DNA of 64,000 bases from Deltaproteobacteria bacterium (GTDB lineage Bacteria; Myxococcota_A; Polyangia; DRWM01; JAAZOP01): NCBI GenBank assembly GCA_016218765.1, contig JACRCZ010000118.1, positions 1,772 through 65,771 on the forward strand, read 5' to 3'. This document shows, piece by piece, positions 42,723 to 52,279 of the stretch. The stretch's first letter is position 1. Every line of letters starts with the position of its first letter. The translations under genes and the position numbers were made by a program. The notes beneath the pieces were generated by a model. That model did not search any database and was not told the origin of the DNA. It saw only the letters and a list, made by a program, of their open reading frames with translations.

Positions 42723-44421
42723 GTCGGGCCTGAAAGACATCCTTCTTTTCATCATCCTATTGGGCGTCCTGATCTTTGTCCACGAGCTGGGGCATTTCAT
42801 GTGGGCCAAGATCTTCGGCGTCAAGGTCCTCAAGTTCTCGCTGGGCTTCGGCCGGAAGCTGGTGGGCTTCCGGCGCGGCGAGACGGAGTACCTGATCTCC
42901 GTGATTCCCCTGGGGGGCTACGTCAAGATGCTGGGGGAGGGAGCGACCGGCGGGGACGGTGTCTCCGACGAGGTTCCGGAGGACTCCGAGGTCCGGACGC
43001 CCGAGGATCGGGGGCGTGCGCTGGCCGACAAGCCGTTGTGGCAGCGTGCGGTGATTCTCGTGGGCGGTCCTGCGATGAACCTTGTCTTTCCCATCTTCAT
43101 CTATTTCTTCGTCCTTCTCGGTCGCGACACGATCGCCCCGCCCTCGGTCGGCACGGTTTTCGCGGGGCAGCCCGCGGCGCAGGCCGGCCTGCGTCCCGGC
43201 GACCAGATCGTCTCGGTCGACGGCACGGCGACGTACGGCTGGGAGGACGTGGTGGACGAGGTGGAGGATCGCCCTGGGGAGCCGCTCGAGTTCCGCGTGC
43301 GTCGCGGATCCGAGGAGATTTCCCGCACGATCACGCCCCGGACGGCGCAGGTCGTGATGCCGATTCTCGGCTTCGTCAGCGAGGTCGGCCGCATCGGCGT
43401 TTCGCCCTACTATCGCACGTCCATTCTCGGCCCGCCCCCGTCCGCGGCGTCTCCGTCCGGCCTGCGGGCATTCGACGAGGTCGTGACGGTCAACGGCAAG
43501 CGCGTCCGGCGGCTCATCGACCTCGAGCGCGCCCGCACTCCGGACAGCGGCCGTCTGGAGGTGGGGCTGCTGCGTGCCGCGCCCGTTCGCACGGGACTGG
43601 GGGCGGTCTTCGTGGCCGAGGCGCTCCGCGTCGGTCTCGACGCCGTGCCTGGCCGGCCCGTCGCCGACGCGCTTGGTGCGACGAGCTCCGATCTTGTGGT
43701 CAGCCGGGTCGACCCCGGCAGCGCTGCCGCCCGGGGCGGGCTCCGGGTCGGCGACCGGCTTCTGCGTCTCGACGACAAGCCTCTCGTCACGTGGCTCGAC
43801 GTCGGGCTTTCGCCGGAGTCCGATCCGGAGGGTGCGCACACGCTGCTGGTCGAGCGGGACGGCCGTGAGGTTCCGCTCACGCTCGACCTTCGCACGGAGA
43901 CGTTCCGCGACCCCTTCGGGCAGGAGCAGAAGCGGTTTTCGATCGGCATCACGGGCTACCAGCGCAACTTCCCGGACGATCCGATCCCCAACCCCAACCG
44001 TCTTTCCCGCGCCTTTTTCGGTGCCTTTGCCGAGACGGGCAACGTCATCCGACTCACGGCGCTCGGCTTCGCCGCCATCTTCCAGGGCAAGGTATCGGTT
44101 TCGACGATCGGCGGCCCCGTGCTCATCTTCGACGTCGCCGCGCACTCCGCCGAGGCGGGTGCGACCTCGTATCTCTGGGCGATGGCGCTCATCAGCATCA
44201 ACCTGGGTCTGCTGAACCTCCTGCCCATCCCGGTCCTGGACGGCGGCCAGCTTCTGTTCTTCGCGATCGAGGCGGTGCGCCGCAAGCCTCTTTCCCGCCG
44301 CACCCGTGAGATCGCCCAGACGGTCGGCCTGATCCTGATCCTCGCGCTCATCGCCCTTGCGCTGAAGAACGACATTGCACGCAAGTGGGCCGACATCGTC
44401 GGCCTGTTCGGCTGCAGTTGA
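42721..44421 (+). CDS. rseP: RIP site-2 zinc metalloprotease with PDZ domains
   Basis: HELGH at the N-terminus, PDZ-like repeats, and NLLPIPVLDGG near the C-terminus. Confidence 0.9.
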   Translation: MSGLKDILLFIILLGVLIFVHELGHFMWAKIFGVKVLKFSLGFGRKLVGFRRGETEYLISVIPLGGYVKMLGEGATGGDGVSDEVPEDSEVRTPEDRGRALADKPLWQRAVILVGGPAMNLVFPIFIYFFVLLGRDTIAPPSVGTVFAGQPAAQAGLRPGDQIVSVDGTATYGWEDVVDEVEDRPGEPLEFRVRRGSEEISRTITPRTAQVVMPILGFVSEVGRIGVSPYYRTSILGPPPSAASPSGLRAFDEVVTVNGKRVRRLIDLERARTPDSGRLEVGLLRAAPVRTGLGAVFVAEALRVGLDAVPGRPVADALGATSSDLVVSRVDPGSAAARGGLRVGDRLLRLDDKPLVTWLDVGLSPESDPEGAHTLLVERDGREVPLTLDLRTETFRDPFGQEQKRFSIGITGYQRNFPDDPIPNPNRLSRAFFGAFAETGNVIRLTALGFAAIFQGKVSVSTIGGPVLIFDVAAHSAEAGATSYLWAMALISINLGLLNLLPIPVLDGGQLLFFAIEAVRRKPLSRRTREIAQTVGLILILALIALALKNDIARKWADIVGLFGCS

Positions 44422-45869
44422 TGCTTCCGGGCCTCGCGCCACGCCTTGCCGCCGCCGTTGCGCTGCAGCTCGTCGAGCGCGATCGCGCGTACCTCACCAA
44501 GGCGCTCGACGAGGCGTGGCGTCCGTTCCCGGCGCCCGCGCACGACGAGCGCGCCTTTTCCACCGAGCTTGCCCTGGGGACGTGCCGCTGGCGCGGCATT
44601 CTCGACGGTCGCCTTGACCCTCTCCTCCCCCGCGGGCTCGCTTCCCTCGACGACCTCACGCGCCAGATTCTCCGCCTTGCGGCCTACGAGCTGCTCGGCC
44701 CGCACCCCACGCCGCCGCACGCGGCCGTCCACCTTGCGGTGGAGGCCGCCAAGCAGGCGCGCAACCCTTCCCTTGCCCGTCTGGTCAACGCGGTCCTTCG
44801 CCGGCTCACACGGGGCTCGTTGCCGGCAGCTCGTCGCTCGCAGCCGAGCTCCCCGCCGACCCTGCGCCACGAGGAATCACCTCCGGACCCGTCGGACGCC
44901 TCCAAACCCGTGACTCGACCCGGACGACCGACCGACGACCAACGACTCCTCTGCGCCCTCCCTCCCTGGCTCGCCACCGCTTTTTCTTCCGCCTGGGGTG
45001 AGCCCGTCGCCCTCGCCATTGCGGAATGGTCGCTCGACCGCCCCGCCCGTTCCCTTCGCCTGAACCGCCGCCACCCGGAGTTCCAATCGCACCTTCACAA
45101 CGTCTCCCCCCCCTCCCCGGCTCCTCCGGACCAACGACTCGACCCAAACGACCAACCAACGACCAACAAGTCTTCCCCCCTCGTCCTCCTCCCTCCCGGC
45201 GCGGGCGACCTCCGTTCGCACCCTCTCGTGGCCGCCGGTGCCGCCACGCCCCAGGAGCACGGTGCGTTCCTCGTCGCCGAGGCCCTTCCCCTCCGCCCCG
45301 GCGCGATCGTCCTGGACGCCTGTGCCGGCCGCGGCACGAAGACCACGGCGCTCGCGGAGCGCCTTCCGCCGGACGCCACGCTGCTGGCCGCCGACGTCAA
45401 TCCCGACAAGCTGGCGCGGATCGCGCCCGAGCTTCAGCGCCTGGGTCTTCCTCCGGTCGAGACGCTCGCGGTCGATTGGTCGGTCGGCGTCGCCGGCATC
45501 GCCGGCTCCTTCGATGCCATTCTCGTCGACGCGCCCTGTTCCGGCACGGGCACGCTTTCCCGCCGTCCCGAGATCCGCTGGCGTCTGGAGCCTTCCGACG
45601 TCGTCCGGCTTGCCGCGCTCCAATCCGCCATCCTCCGTCGCACGGCGTCGCTGCTTGCTCCCGGCGGGGTCCTGCTCTACGCGGTCTGTTCCCTCCTGCC
45701 CGACGAGGGTCTCTCCCAGGCGCGAGCGTTGCTTGCCGAATCGCCCGGGCTCCTCCCCGTCCCCGGCGTTTTTCCCCCTCCCTGGCATCCCCTCGAGGTC
45801 GGCGCCGTCCTTCTGCCCCACGAGTCCGGCACGGACGGTTTCTACTCCGCGCTCCTGCGACGCCCCTGA
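44421..45869 (+). CDS. rsmB: 16S rRNA (cytosine-C5)-methyltransferase RsmB with repeat-derived inserts
   Basis: TGATG overlap with rseP. NusB-like N-domain. LDACAGRGTKT, VDAPCSGTGT and YAVCSLLPDEG motifs. Confidence 0.85.
   Translation: MLPGLAPRLAAAVALQLVERDRAYLTKALDEAWRPFPAPAHDERAFSTELALGTCRWRGILDGRLDPLLPRGLASLDDLTRQILRLAAYELLGPHPTPPHAAVHLAVEAAKQARNPSLARLVNAVLRRLTRGSLPAARRSQPSSPPTLRHEESPPDPSDASKPVTRPGRPTDDQRLLCALPPWLATAFSSAWGEPVALAIAEWSLDRPARSLRLNRRHPEFQSHLHNVSPPSPAPPDQRLDPNDQPTTNKSSPLVLLPPGAGDLRSHPLVAAGAATPQEHGAFLVAEALPLRPGAIVLDACAGRGTKTTALAERLPPDATLLAADVNPDKLARIAPELQRLGLPPVETLAVDWSVGVAGIAGSFDAILVDAPCSGTGTLSRRPEIRWRLEPSDVVRLAALQSAILRRTASLLAPGGVLLYAVCSLLPDEGLSQARALLAESPGLLPVPGVFPPPWHPLEVGAVLLPHESGTDGFYSALLRRP
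44835..44948 (+). repeat. Family G low-complexity element inside the rsmB frame (insert 1)
   Basis: CTCCGGACCC..GACTCGACCCGGACGACCGACCGACGACCAACGACTC is related to the intergenic copies at 57463, 57801 and 58891. Confidence 0.6.
45102..45188 (+). repeat. Family G element inside the rsmB frame (insert 2)
   Basis: CTCCGGACCAACGACTCGACCC here, compared with CTCCGGACCAATGACTCGTCCC at 58891. Confidence 0.7.
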
Positions 45870-45883
45870 ACGGGAAGGGCCGC

Positions 45884-48800
45884 TCAGTACGTTTCGGGGG
45901 AGTGCGAGAAGTTGTGGCACCGCAGGCGACACGACCGGCCGGTGCTGCTCCACGTCGGGTCGGCCGCGTCTCCCGCCGGTCCGGACACGCTCGGCGCGAA
46001 GTTCACCAGACGCTGGTACGTCCGGTCCGAGGCCCACCCTGAGGTCCGGTTGCCGTGGAGGTTGTAGTGGCACTCCTTGCACACGGCGTTGCCCTGTCCC
46101 GAGCGTCCGTTGTTGCGGACGTCGATGTCGCCGGCGACGCCGCCGCGCGGGTTCCCGTCGATGTTCCCCATGTGGAACCCGTGGAAGCGGAACGCGGTGT
46201 CGGTGCGCGTGCCGGTGCCCGTGGTGGCGAACGGGGCCGAGGCGTGGCAGATGAAGCAGAACTCGAAGTTCGCGCTGGCGTAGGCCGCGGTGGAGGAGAG
46301 GTGTTCGACGCGGTAGTTGGCGCGGAGGATCTTCGAGCTGAAGTTCGCGTCGGTGGTCCCCGCGTCGGAGCCGTGCGGTCCGGTCGGGATCGCGCCGGTG
46401 TACCCGCTGAGCAGGGACACGGTGCGCGGCATGTCGCTGCTTGCGTGGCAGTCGCTGCACCACAGGACGCTCGACGTGGTCAGGTGGGGCAGGCCCGTGC
46501 CGCCCGCGAGGCTCGCGGTCATCGTCGCCGCCGTGTTGCGGCCTGCTGCTTCCACCGGGTGGAACGACTCGTTGGCCGGATTGAACAGCACCGCCAGGTC
46601 CGCCGCCCCCGCCGGCAAGGCGGTCCACGACGAATGGCACTTGAAGCAGACCTGATATTCGGCGACCGGGGCGCCGGTCGGGTCGGAGGCCGGGACGTAG
46701 GTGTACGCCGGCGCTGCGCCCGCGGCGCCGTTGGTCACCCGGATGCGGCCGACGCCGAGGAGGCGGTTCGAGCTGGTGGTTCCCGCGGTGTTCCCGGCGC
46801 GTGCATAGTGCGGGTTGTGGCAGTCGACGCACTCGGCATGCCTGTTGTCCGTCGGCGTCGCGCCGTAGGCCGAGGACGTGCCCGCCTCGAACAGGTCGTG
46901 GCGTCCGGTCCGGGAGACGGGGTGGTTCGAGGCCTTGGCGAGCTGGCCCTGGATGTTGGTCGCCGCCGGAGCACCGTCGTGGCAGGTCAGGCAGGGCGGC
47001 TCCTCGCTGTCGTACAGCACCGTCCCGGACGAGCTGCCGTGACGCTCGTGGCACGTCGAGCAGTCGTAGCCCGAGGCGTTATGGCTCGCGGGCAGGGTCC
47101 AGTACGAGGCGACGCTCGTCGGGGTCTGTCCCGTGAAGTACGGCCCTGCGCTGCCGTCGTGGCACGTGCGGCACAGCCCGCTCGACCCGGTGGCGGCGAA
47201 GGACCAGGTGTCGGTCGTGTCGGGGTCGACGATGACTCGCGTGCCCGTCAGGTGCGGGGCGCTCGCGTGGCACTCGGCGCAATTGGCCCGGATCACCGTG
47301 TCGGTCCCTCCCAGCCGGTGGCTTGTCCGCGGGATCAATCCGGGGCGTTCGTGGCACTCGCTGCAGGCGATCGTGGTGTCGGTCCAGGTCGCGGCGTTGG
47401 CGAGGTCGGGCGTGTCGCCCGGCACGGGGTTGTGGCAGCCGACGGTGCAGGTCGGGTTGCCTGCGCCGTAGCTTTCCGCGGGGGTCCCGCCGTTGTTCAT
47501 GGTGGTCCCCGCCGGATAGCTCACGCCGCTGGCGAACACGAGGTCCACGTTGGGTTGCAGGACGATGCCTCCTCCCTCGTTGTGCGTCGGTCCCGACCCG
47601 TCGTGGCCGTGGCACACGGCGCACCCGTAGCCGAGGGTCGTGACGTGCGCCGCGTGCGCGCCGCCCCCGCCCGCGTAGTCCTGGGTGGCGGGCGCCGGCG
47701 GATTGCCGTGGCAGGCGTCGCAGCCGCCGCTCACGTCCAGCACTCCGTCGATGTGCCTGGTCCGGTCGACGAACCGGGTTCCGTCGTACACGGCACCGTG
47801 GCACGTCCCGCAGTCGGTGCGCGAGGCGTGGGGCGCGGGCGGGGGCACTCCGTGGCAGGTCCCGCAGGCGTCCTGGGTCCCGTCCACGGTGGTCCATTGC
47901 GGCGACGTGAGCGTCCCCCCCGCGGCGAGCGTTGCGCCGTGGCAGTACGTGGATGAGCACCGCGCGCCGTCGAACGCCGGCGCGGCGCCGCCCGCGGTGG
48001 ACAGCCCGCCCCACGCCAGCTCCCCGGGCCGGGGATCGATGTGGCCCGGCGACAGCGCGTCGGCCGGGACGACGTGGCAGTCCGAGCAGCTCATGTCGGC
48101 GCGCCAGGTGGAGCCGGTGGCCACGTGCGTGGTGTGGGCGCCCACGCCCCGCACCGTGGTGGACGCCGCTCCCGCGACGTCCTCCGGCGGCGCGCCGGTG
48201 AGGTCCGCGACGCCGCCGTGGCAGAACGTGCAGTCCGCGCGAAAGCCCGTGTGGCAGCTCTCGCACGAGACGCCCACGGTTCCGCCGAGCAGGTCCGCGC
48301 CGTGGCAGCTCGTGCAGGCCGACGGGCCGGCGTCGAAGGCCGTGCCGTGCTGCACCGGGGCGTCCCACCCTGCCGGGTGGTACGCCGTCACCTCGACCAC
48401 GCCGTCGACGTGCAGCGCCGGCGCGACGAAGGCGCCGCCTGCCCCGATCACGGTCGCGTGGCACAGCTCGCAGCGGGAATCCGTCGGGTGCGGTCCGCCC
48501 GGCGGGAGGCCGTGGCAGGTGCCGCACGCGTCCTGGGTGCCGTCCACGGTGGTCCATTGGGGCGTGGTGATCGTCCCGCCGGGGTCGAGCGTCGTGCCGT
48601 GGCAGTAGGTGCCCGAGCAGCGCGTGCCGTCGTACGCCGGCGCGGCGCCGTCCGCGGTCGTGAGCGGACCCCAGGCCAGGTCCGCGGGCAGCGATCCGTC
48701 CATGTGCCCGGCGTCGCTGACCGAGGTCGGCACGCGGTGGCACTCGCTGCAGCGGATCTCTCCGTGCCAGGTCGAGGGCCCGAGGTGGCTGCGGTGCGCG

Positions 48801-50707
48801 CCCACGCCGGGCAGCGAGGTCGAGGTGCCCCCGGTCGTATCCTGCGGCGGCGCGGCCGACCCGCCGCCGCCGTGGCAGCTCTCGCACCCGCCGTAGCTGA
48901 CGTCGACGATTCCGTTCACGTGCCGCGACGCGTCGACGAACGTCCGACCGGCGCCGACCACCTCGCCGTGGCACGATTCGCACCGCGTGTCGGACGGATG
49001 GGTCCCGCCGGGCGGCAGGCCGTGGCAGGTCCCGCACGCCGCCTGCGTCCCATCCACCGTCGTCCACGCGGGGGTCGTGAGCGTTCCCCCCGGCAGCAGC
49101 GTCGCTCCGTGGCAGTAGTTTTCCGCACAGGTCGCCCCGTCGAACGCCGGCATGGCGCCGTCCGCGGCCGGCAACGGACCCCAGGTCAGCTCCGCCGGCA
49201 GAGCGGTGTCGATGTGCCCGACGTCGGAAACCGCCGCCGGCACCCGGTGGCACTGGCTGCAGGCGATTTCGGCGTGCCAGGCCGAGGTCCCCAGGTGGCT
49301 CCGGTGGGCGCCCACGCCGCGCAGGGCGGTCCCGGTCCCCCCTGTCGTATCCTCCGGCGGTGCGGCCGACCCGCCGCCGCCGTGGCAGCTTTCGCAGTCG
49401 CCGTAGGTGACGTCGACGATCCCGTTCACGTGCCGCGTCCGGTCCACGAACCTCAACCCCGCGCCGATCACCTCCCCGTGGCACCGCTCGCACCGCGTGT
49501 CGGACGGGTGCGTGCCGTCCGGCGGGAGGCCGTGACAGGTCCCGCACGCGGCCTGCGAGCCGTCCACCGTCGTCCACGCCGGCTCCGTCAGGCTGCCGCC
49601 GGGGAGCAGGGTCGGGCCGTGACAGTAGGTTGACGAGCACCTTGTCCCGTCGAACGCCGGTACGGCGCCGTCCGCGGTCGCGACGCCGCCCCACTGCAGC
49701 TCCGCGGGCAGGGGGGTGTCCACGTGCCCGGGCGACCCCAGCGTCGCCGGCACCTGGTGGCATTCCGTACAGGCGATGTCCGCACGCCAGTCGGATGTCC
49801 GGAGGTGGCTGCCGTGGGCGCCCACGCCCCGCAGCGTCGTGGACGATCCGCCGGCGGTGTCGATTGGCGGCGCGGGAGACCCGCCTCCGCCGTGGCACGA
49901 CTCGCAGTCGAGCGGGTCGGATTCGACGACGCCGTCGATGTGCAGCCCGGGGGCGACGAACGTCATGCCCGGCCCCATGACCGCGCTGTGGCACTGCTCG
50001 CAGGCGGCCGAGGGCGGGTGTCCGCCGCCGGCAGGGAGGGCGTGACACGTCCCGCACGCGGCCTGCGTCCCGTCCACGGTGGTCCAGGCGGGGGTCGTGT
50101 TCGTGCCGCCCGGCAACAACGTCGCGCCGTGGCAGTAGGCCCCGGAACAGCGCATGCCGTCGAACGACGGCGCCGCGCCGTCGGCCGTCGCGATGGCGCT
50201 CCACGTCAGCTCCGCCGGCACATCCGTGTCGATGTGCCCGGGAGAGCGCAGCTCGGCCGGCACGATGTGGCAGTCCTCGCACTGCACCTCGCGATGCCAG
50301 CCCGACGTACCGAGATGGCTGCGGTGGGCGCCCACGGCGCGATCCGTCGTCGCGCTCTCGCCGTCCAGGCTTGCCGGCGGCGCGGCGCTGGACGAGTCCC
50401 CGTGGCAGGTGCCGCAGGGCAACGCCCCGCCGTCGCCGCCGTCCCCGCCGTCCCGGCCGTCCCCGCCGTCCGACCCGTCGCCCGTCTCATCACCGTCGTC
50501 CGTGCCATCCGGGTCGAATCCCCCGTCGTCCTCCCCGTCGGCCGCGGCGTCTTCCGTCCCCGAATCGCCGCCGGCGTCCCCGCCGCCGTCGATGTCGACC
50601 GCCGCGTCGTCCTCGGGCTCGTGGCCTCCTCCCTCGCCGCATCCCGCCGCCCACAGCCCCAGGATCGCGCCCAGGGTCGTCACCATCGCCGGTCCACGAT
50701 GCCTCAT
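45884..50707 (-). CDS. Giant multihaem c-type cytochrome lipoprotein (CxxxxCH...CxxCH repeat family)
   Basis: ATG at 50707. Lipobox LWAAGC. D/G-rich linker. My manual count gives about 34 CxxCH, 5 CxxxxCH and 2 CxxxCH motifs. Five 170-aa modules are present. Confidence 0.85.
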   Translation of the reverse strand: MRHRGPAMVTTLGAILGLWAAGCGEGGGHEPEDDAAVDIDGGGDAGGDSGTEDAAADGEDDGGFDPDGTDDGDETGDGSDGGDGRDGGDGGDGGALPCGTCHGDSSSAAPPASLDGESATTDRAVGAHRSHLGTSGWHREVQCEDCHIVPAELRSPGHIDTDVPAELTWSAIATADGAAPSFDGMRCSGAYCHGATLLPGGTNTTPAWTTVDGTQAACGTCHALPAGGGHPPSAACEQCHSAVMGPGMTFVAPGLHIDGVVESDPLDCESCHGGGGSPAPPIDTAGGSSTTLRGVGAHGSHLRTSDWRADIACTECHQVPATLGSPGHVDTPLPAELQWGGVATADGAVPAFDGTRCSSTYCHGPTLLPGGSLTEPAWTTVDGSQAACGTCHGLPPDGTHPSDTRCERCHGEVIGAGLRFVDRTRHVNGIVDVTYGDCESCHGGGGSAAPPEDTTGGTGTALRGVGAHRSHLGTSAWHAEIACSQCHRVPAAVSDVGHIDTALPAELTWGPLPAADGAMPAFDGATCAENYCHGATLLPGGTLTTPAWTTVDGTQAACGTCHGLPPGGTHPSDTRCESCHGEVVGAGRTFVDASRHVNGIVDVSYGGCESCHGGGGSAAPPQDTTGGTSTSLPGVGAHRSHLGPSTWHGEIRCSECHRVPTSVSDAGHMDGSLPADLAWGPLTTADGAAPAYDGTRCSGTYCHGTTLDPGGTITTPQWTTVDGTQDACGTCHGLPPGGPHPTDSRCELCHATVIGAGGAFVAPALHVDGVVEVTAYHPAGWDAPVQHGTAFDAGPSACTSCHGADLLGGTVGVSCESCHTGFRADCTFCHGGVADLTGAPPEDVAGAASTTVRGVGAHTTHVATGSTWRADMSCSDCHVVPADALSPGHIDPRPGELAWGGLSTAGGAAPAFDGARCSSTYCHGATLAAGGTLTSPQWTTVDGTQDACGTCHGVPPPAPHASRTDCGTCHGAVYDGTRFVDRTRHIDGVLDVSGGCDACHGNPPAPATQDYAGGGGAHAAHVTTLGYGCAVCHGHDGSGPTHNEGGGIVLQPNVDLVFASGVSYPAGTTMNNGGTPAESYGAGNPTCTVGCHNPVPGDTPDLANAATWTDTTIACSECHERPGLIPRTSHRLGGTDTVIRANCAECHASAPHLTGTRVIVDPDTTDTWSFAATGSSGLCRTCHDGSAGPYFTGQTPTSVASYWTLPASHNASGYDCSTCHERHGSSSGTVLYDSEEPPCLTCHDGAPAATNIQGQLAKASNHPVSRTGRHDLFEAGTSSAYGATPTDNRHAECVDCHNPHYARAGNTAGTTSSNRLLGVGRIRVTNGAAGAAPAYTYVPASDPTGAPVAEYQVCFKCHSSWTALPAGAADLAVLFNPANESFHPVEAAGRNTAATMTASLAGGTGLPHLTTSSVLWCSDCHASSDMPRTVSLLSGYTGAIPTGPHGSDAGTTDANFSSKILRANYRVEHLSSTAAYASANFEFCFICHASAPFATTGTGTRTDTAFRFHGFHMGNIDGNPRGGVAGDIDVRNNGRSGQGNAVCKECHYNLHGNRTSGWASDRTYQRLVNFAPSVSGPAGDAADPTWSSTGRSCRLRCHNFSHSPETY

Positions 50708-50810
50708 GTCGAACCCACCCTCCCCCCCCCCGGGAGATCGGCACACGATTCCATATCGGATGTCTTGCCCGATGCGCGCTCTTTCTGAGCGAGATGCTTG
50801 CCCGACGGTT

Positions 50811-52157
50811 CTATCCGATGACGGGGCCGGGGCAGCCGTACACGACGTCGATGTCGCTCACCTCGCCGGCGAGGATGCGGTCGCACGCGGCGCCGTGGAA
50901 CTCCAGCCGCCCCGTGCTCTCGTCGTAGCTCCACCCGTCGGCGATGTCGGTCGGTATCCCCGCCGGGTCGTCGTTGAAGTAGACGTAGATCTCGGCCGGG
51001 TCGGGCACGTCGCCCTCCAGCCGGAAGTCGCACGTCACCTCCCGCCCCGCAATCTCCTCGAGCGCCGTGATCAGGTCCGCGGCCGAGTCGGCCTGGTAGT
51101 AGCGGTCCGTGCCGCCCGCCTCCGCGACCGCCGTGAGCTGCCCGGCATCGACGTCCCGGCTGAACCCGACCACGTACGTGCGCACGGGCGGGTCCTGGCC
51201 CAGCAGCGCGGCCGCGCCCGCCGGACCGTTCTCCCCGCCCGAGGTGCAATCCCCGCTTTCCTGGCCGTCCGTGACCAGCAGCACGGAGTTGTCGCGCAGG
51301 GGGTCCAGGAGCGACGGTTCCCCGACAAGCCTGAGCAGCGTCCGCCCCGTGCTCGTCTCCGGGTTGCCGCTGTCGCACAGGTAGTTCGGCGGAATGCCGC
51401 GCAGGCTCCCGCGCCCCAGCAGTGGAGCCAGGAACTCGTCGATCGCCACCGCGTTGTAGTCCGCGATCGGCACGACGATCTCCCCCGGCGAGCAGCCCCC
51501 GGGGCGGCACGCCGAGTACGTCGTCAACCCGAAGCGGATCTGGTCGTCGAACGCGAACGTGGCCTCCGCGATCGCCTCCTTCGCCACGTCCCACCGCGTG
51601 CGGCCGTCCACGTCCCCGTCCATCGAGCCGCTGCGGTCGAGCACGATCATCATGTTCGGCGGAAGTCGCGTCGTCGTGAACTCCGTCCCGCCGCACCCGC
51701 CCGGGACGCACCGGCTCGCCGCCTCGTCGCACACCAGCCCGCTCGCGCAATCTCCGTCGACCACGCAGGCCCCTTCGTCCAGGCACACGAGCGAGCCTCC
51801 GCCGCAGCGCCGCCCGGCTCCGCAGTCCGCGTCGACCAGGCACGTGCCCTCGCCGATGCAGTGCCCCGATCCGCTGCAGTACTGTCCCGCGGGGCAATCC
51901 CCCGGCCCCGTGCAAGTCCCGCCATCCGTCTCCGCGCCGTCCACCGCCTCGCTGGCGCCGTCCCGCACCTCTCCCCCGTCCCGAGGCCCCACCGCATCGT
52001 CCGCCCCCGCGCTGCACCCCGCGCCCCACACCCCAAACGCGGTCATCCACCCGACGAAGTCGTGCTTGGAAGGCCATGGGACATGGTGGAGCGTCATCCA
52101 CCTGACGACGCGGTATTCTGAAGGCCGTGGGACATGGCGGAGCGTTAGAAGTGACAT
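50811..52157 (-). CDS. vWA-domain lipoprotein with Cys-rich repeats
   Basis: MIDAS motif MMIVLDRSGSMDG. Cys-rich CxxxxxC repeats. Lipobox-like VWGAGC. The best RBS (GGGAGG) is before ATG 52157. Alternative starts are 52097 and 52046, within a 51-nt tandem duplication. Confidence 0.75.
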   Translation of the reverse strand: MSLLTLRHVPRPSEYRVVRWMTLHHVPWPSKHDFVGWMTAFGVWGAGCSAGADDAVGPRDGGEVRDGASEAVDGAETDGGTCTGPGDCPAGQYCSGSGHCIGEGTCLVDADCGAGRRCGGGSLVCLDEGACVVDGDCASGLVCDEAASRCVPGGCGGTEFTTTRLPPNMMIVLDRSGSMDGDVDGRTRWDVAKEAIAEATFAFDDQIRFGLTTYSACRPGGCSPGEIVVPIADYNAVAIDEFLAPLLGRGSLRGIPPNYLCDSGNPETSTGRTLLRLVGEPSLLDPLRDNSVLLVTDGQESGDCTSGGENGPAGAAALLGQDPPVRTYVVGFSRDVDAGQLTAVAEAGGTDRYYQADSAADLITALEEIAGREVTCDFRLEGDVPDPAEIYVYFNDDPAGIPTDIADGWSYDESTGRLEFHGAACDRILAGEVSDIDVVYGCPGPVIG

Positions 52158-52279
52158 GGCGGGACCTCCCTCGACGCCCGCATCTCCCGTCGGGCGTCTC
52201 CCGTGCCTCCCATCATGCCCCACCCCCGACCAACCAACAACCTTCCCGCTCTCCCCCCCTCCTGCTATGCTCCCCTTCC

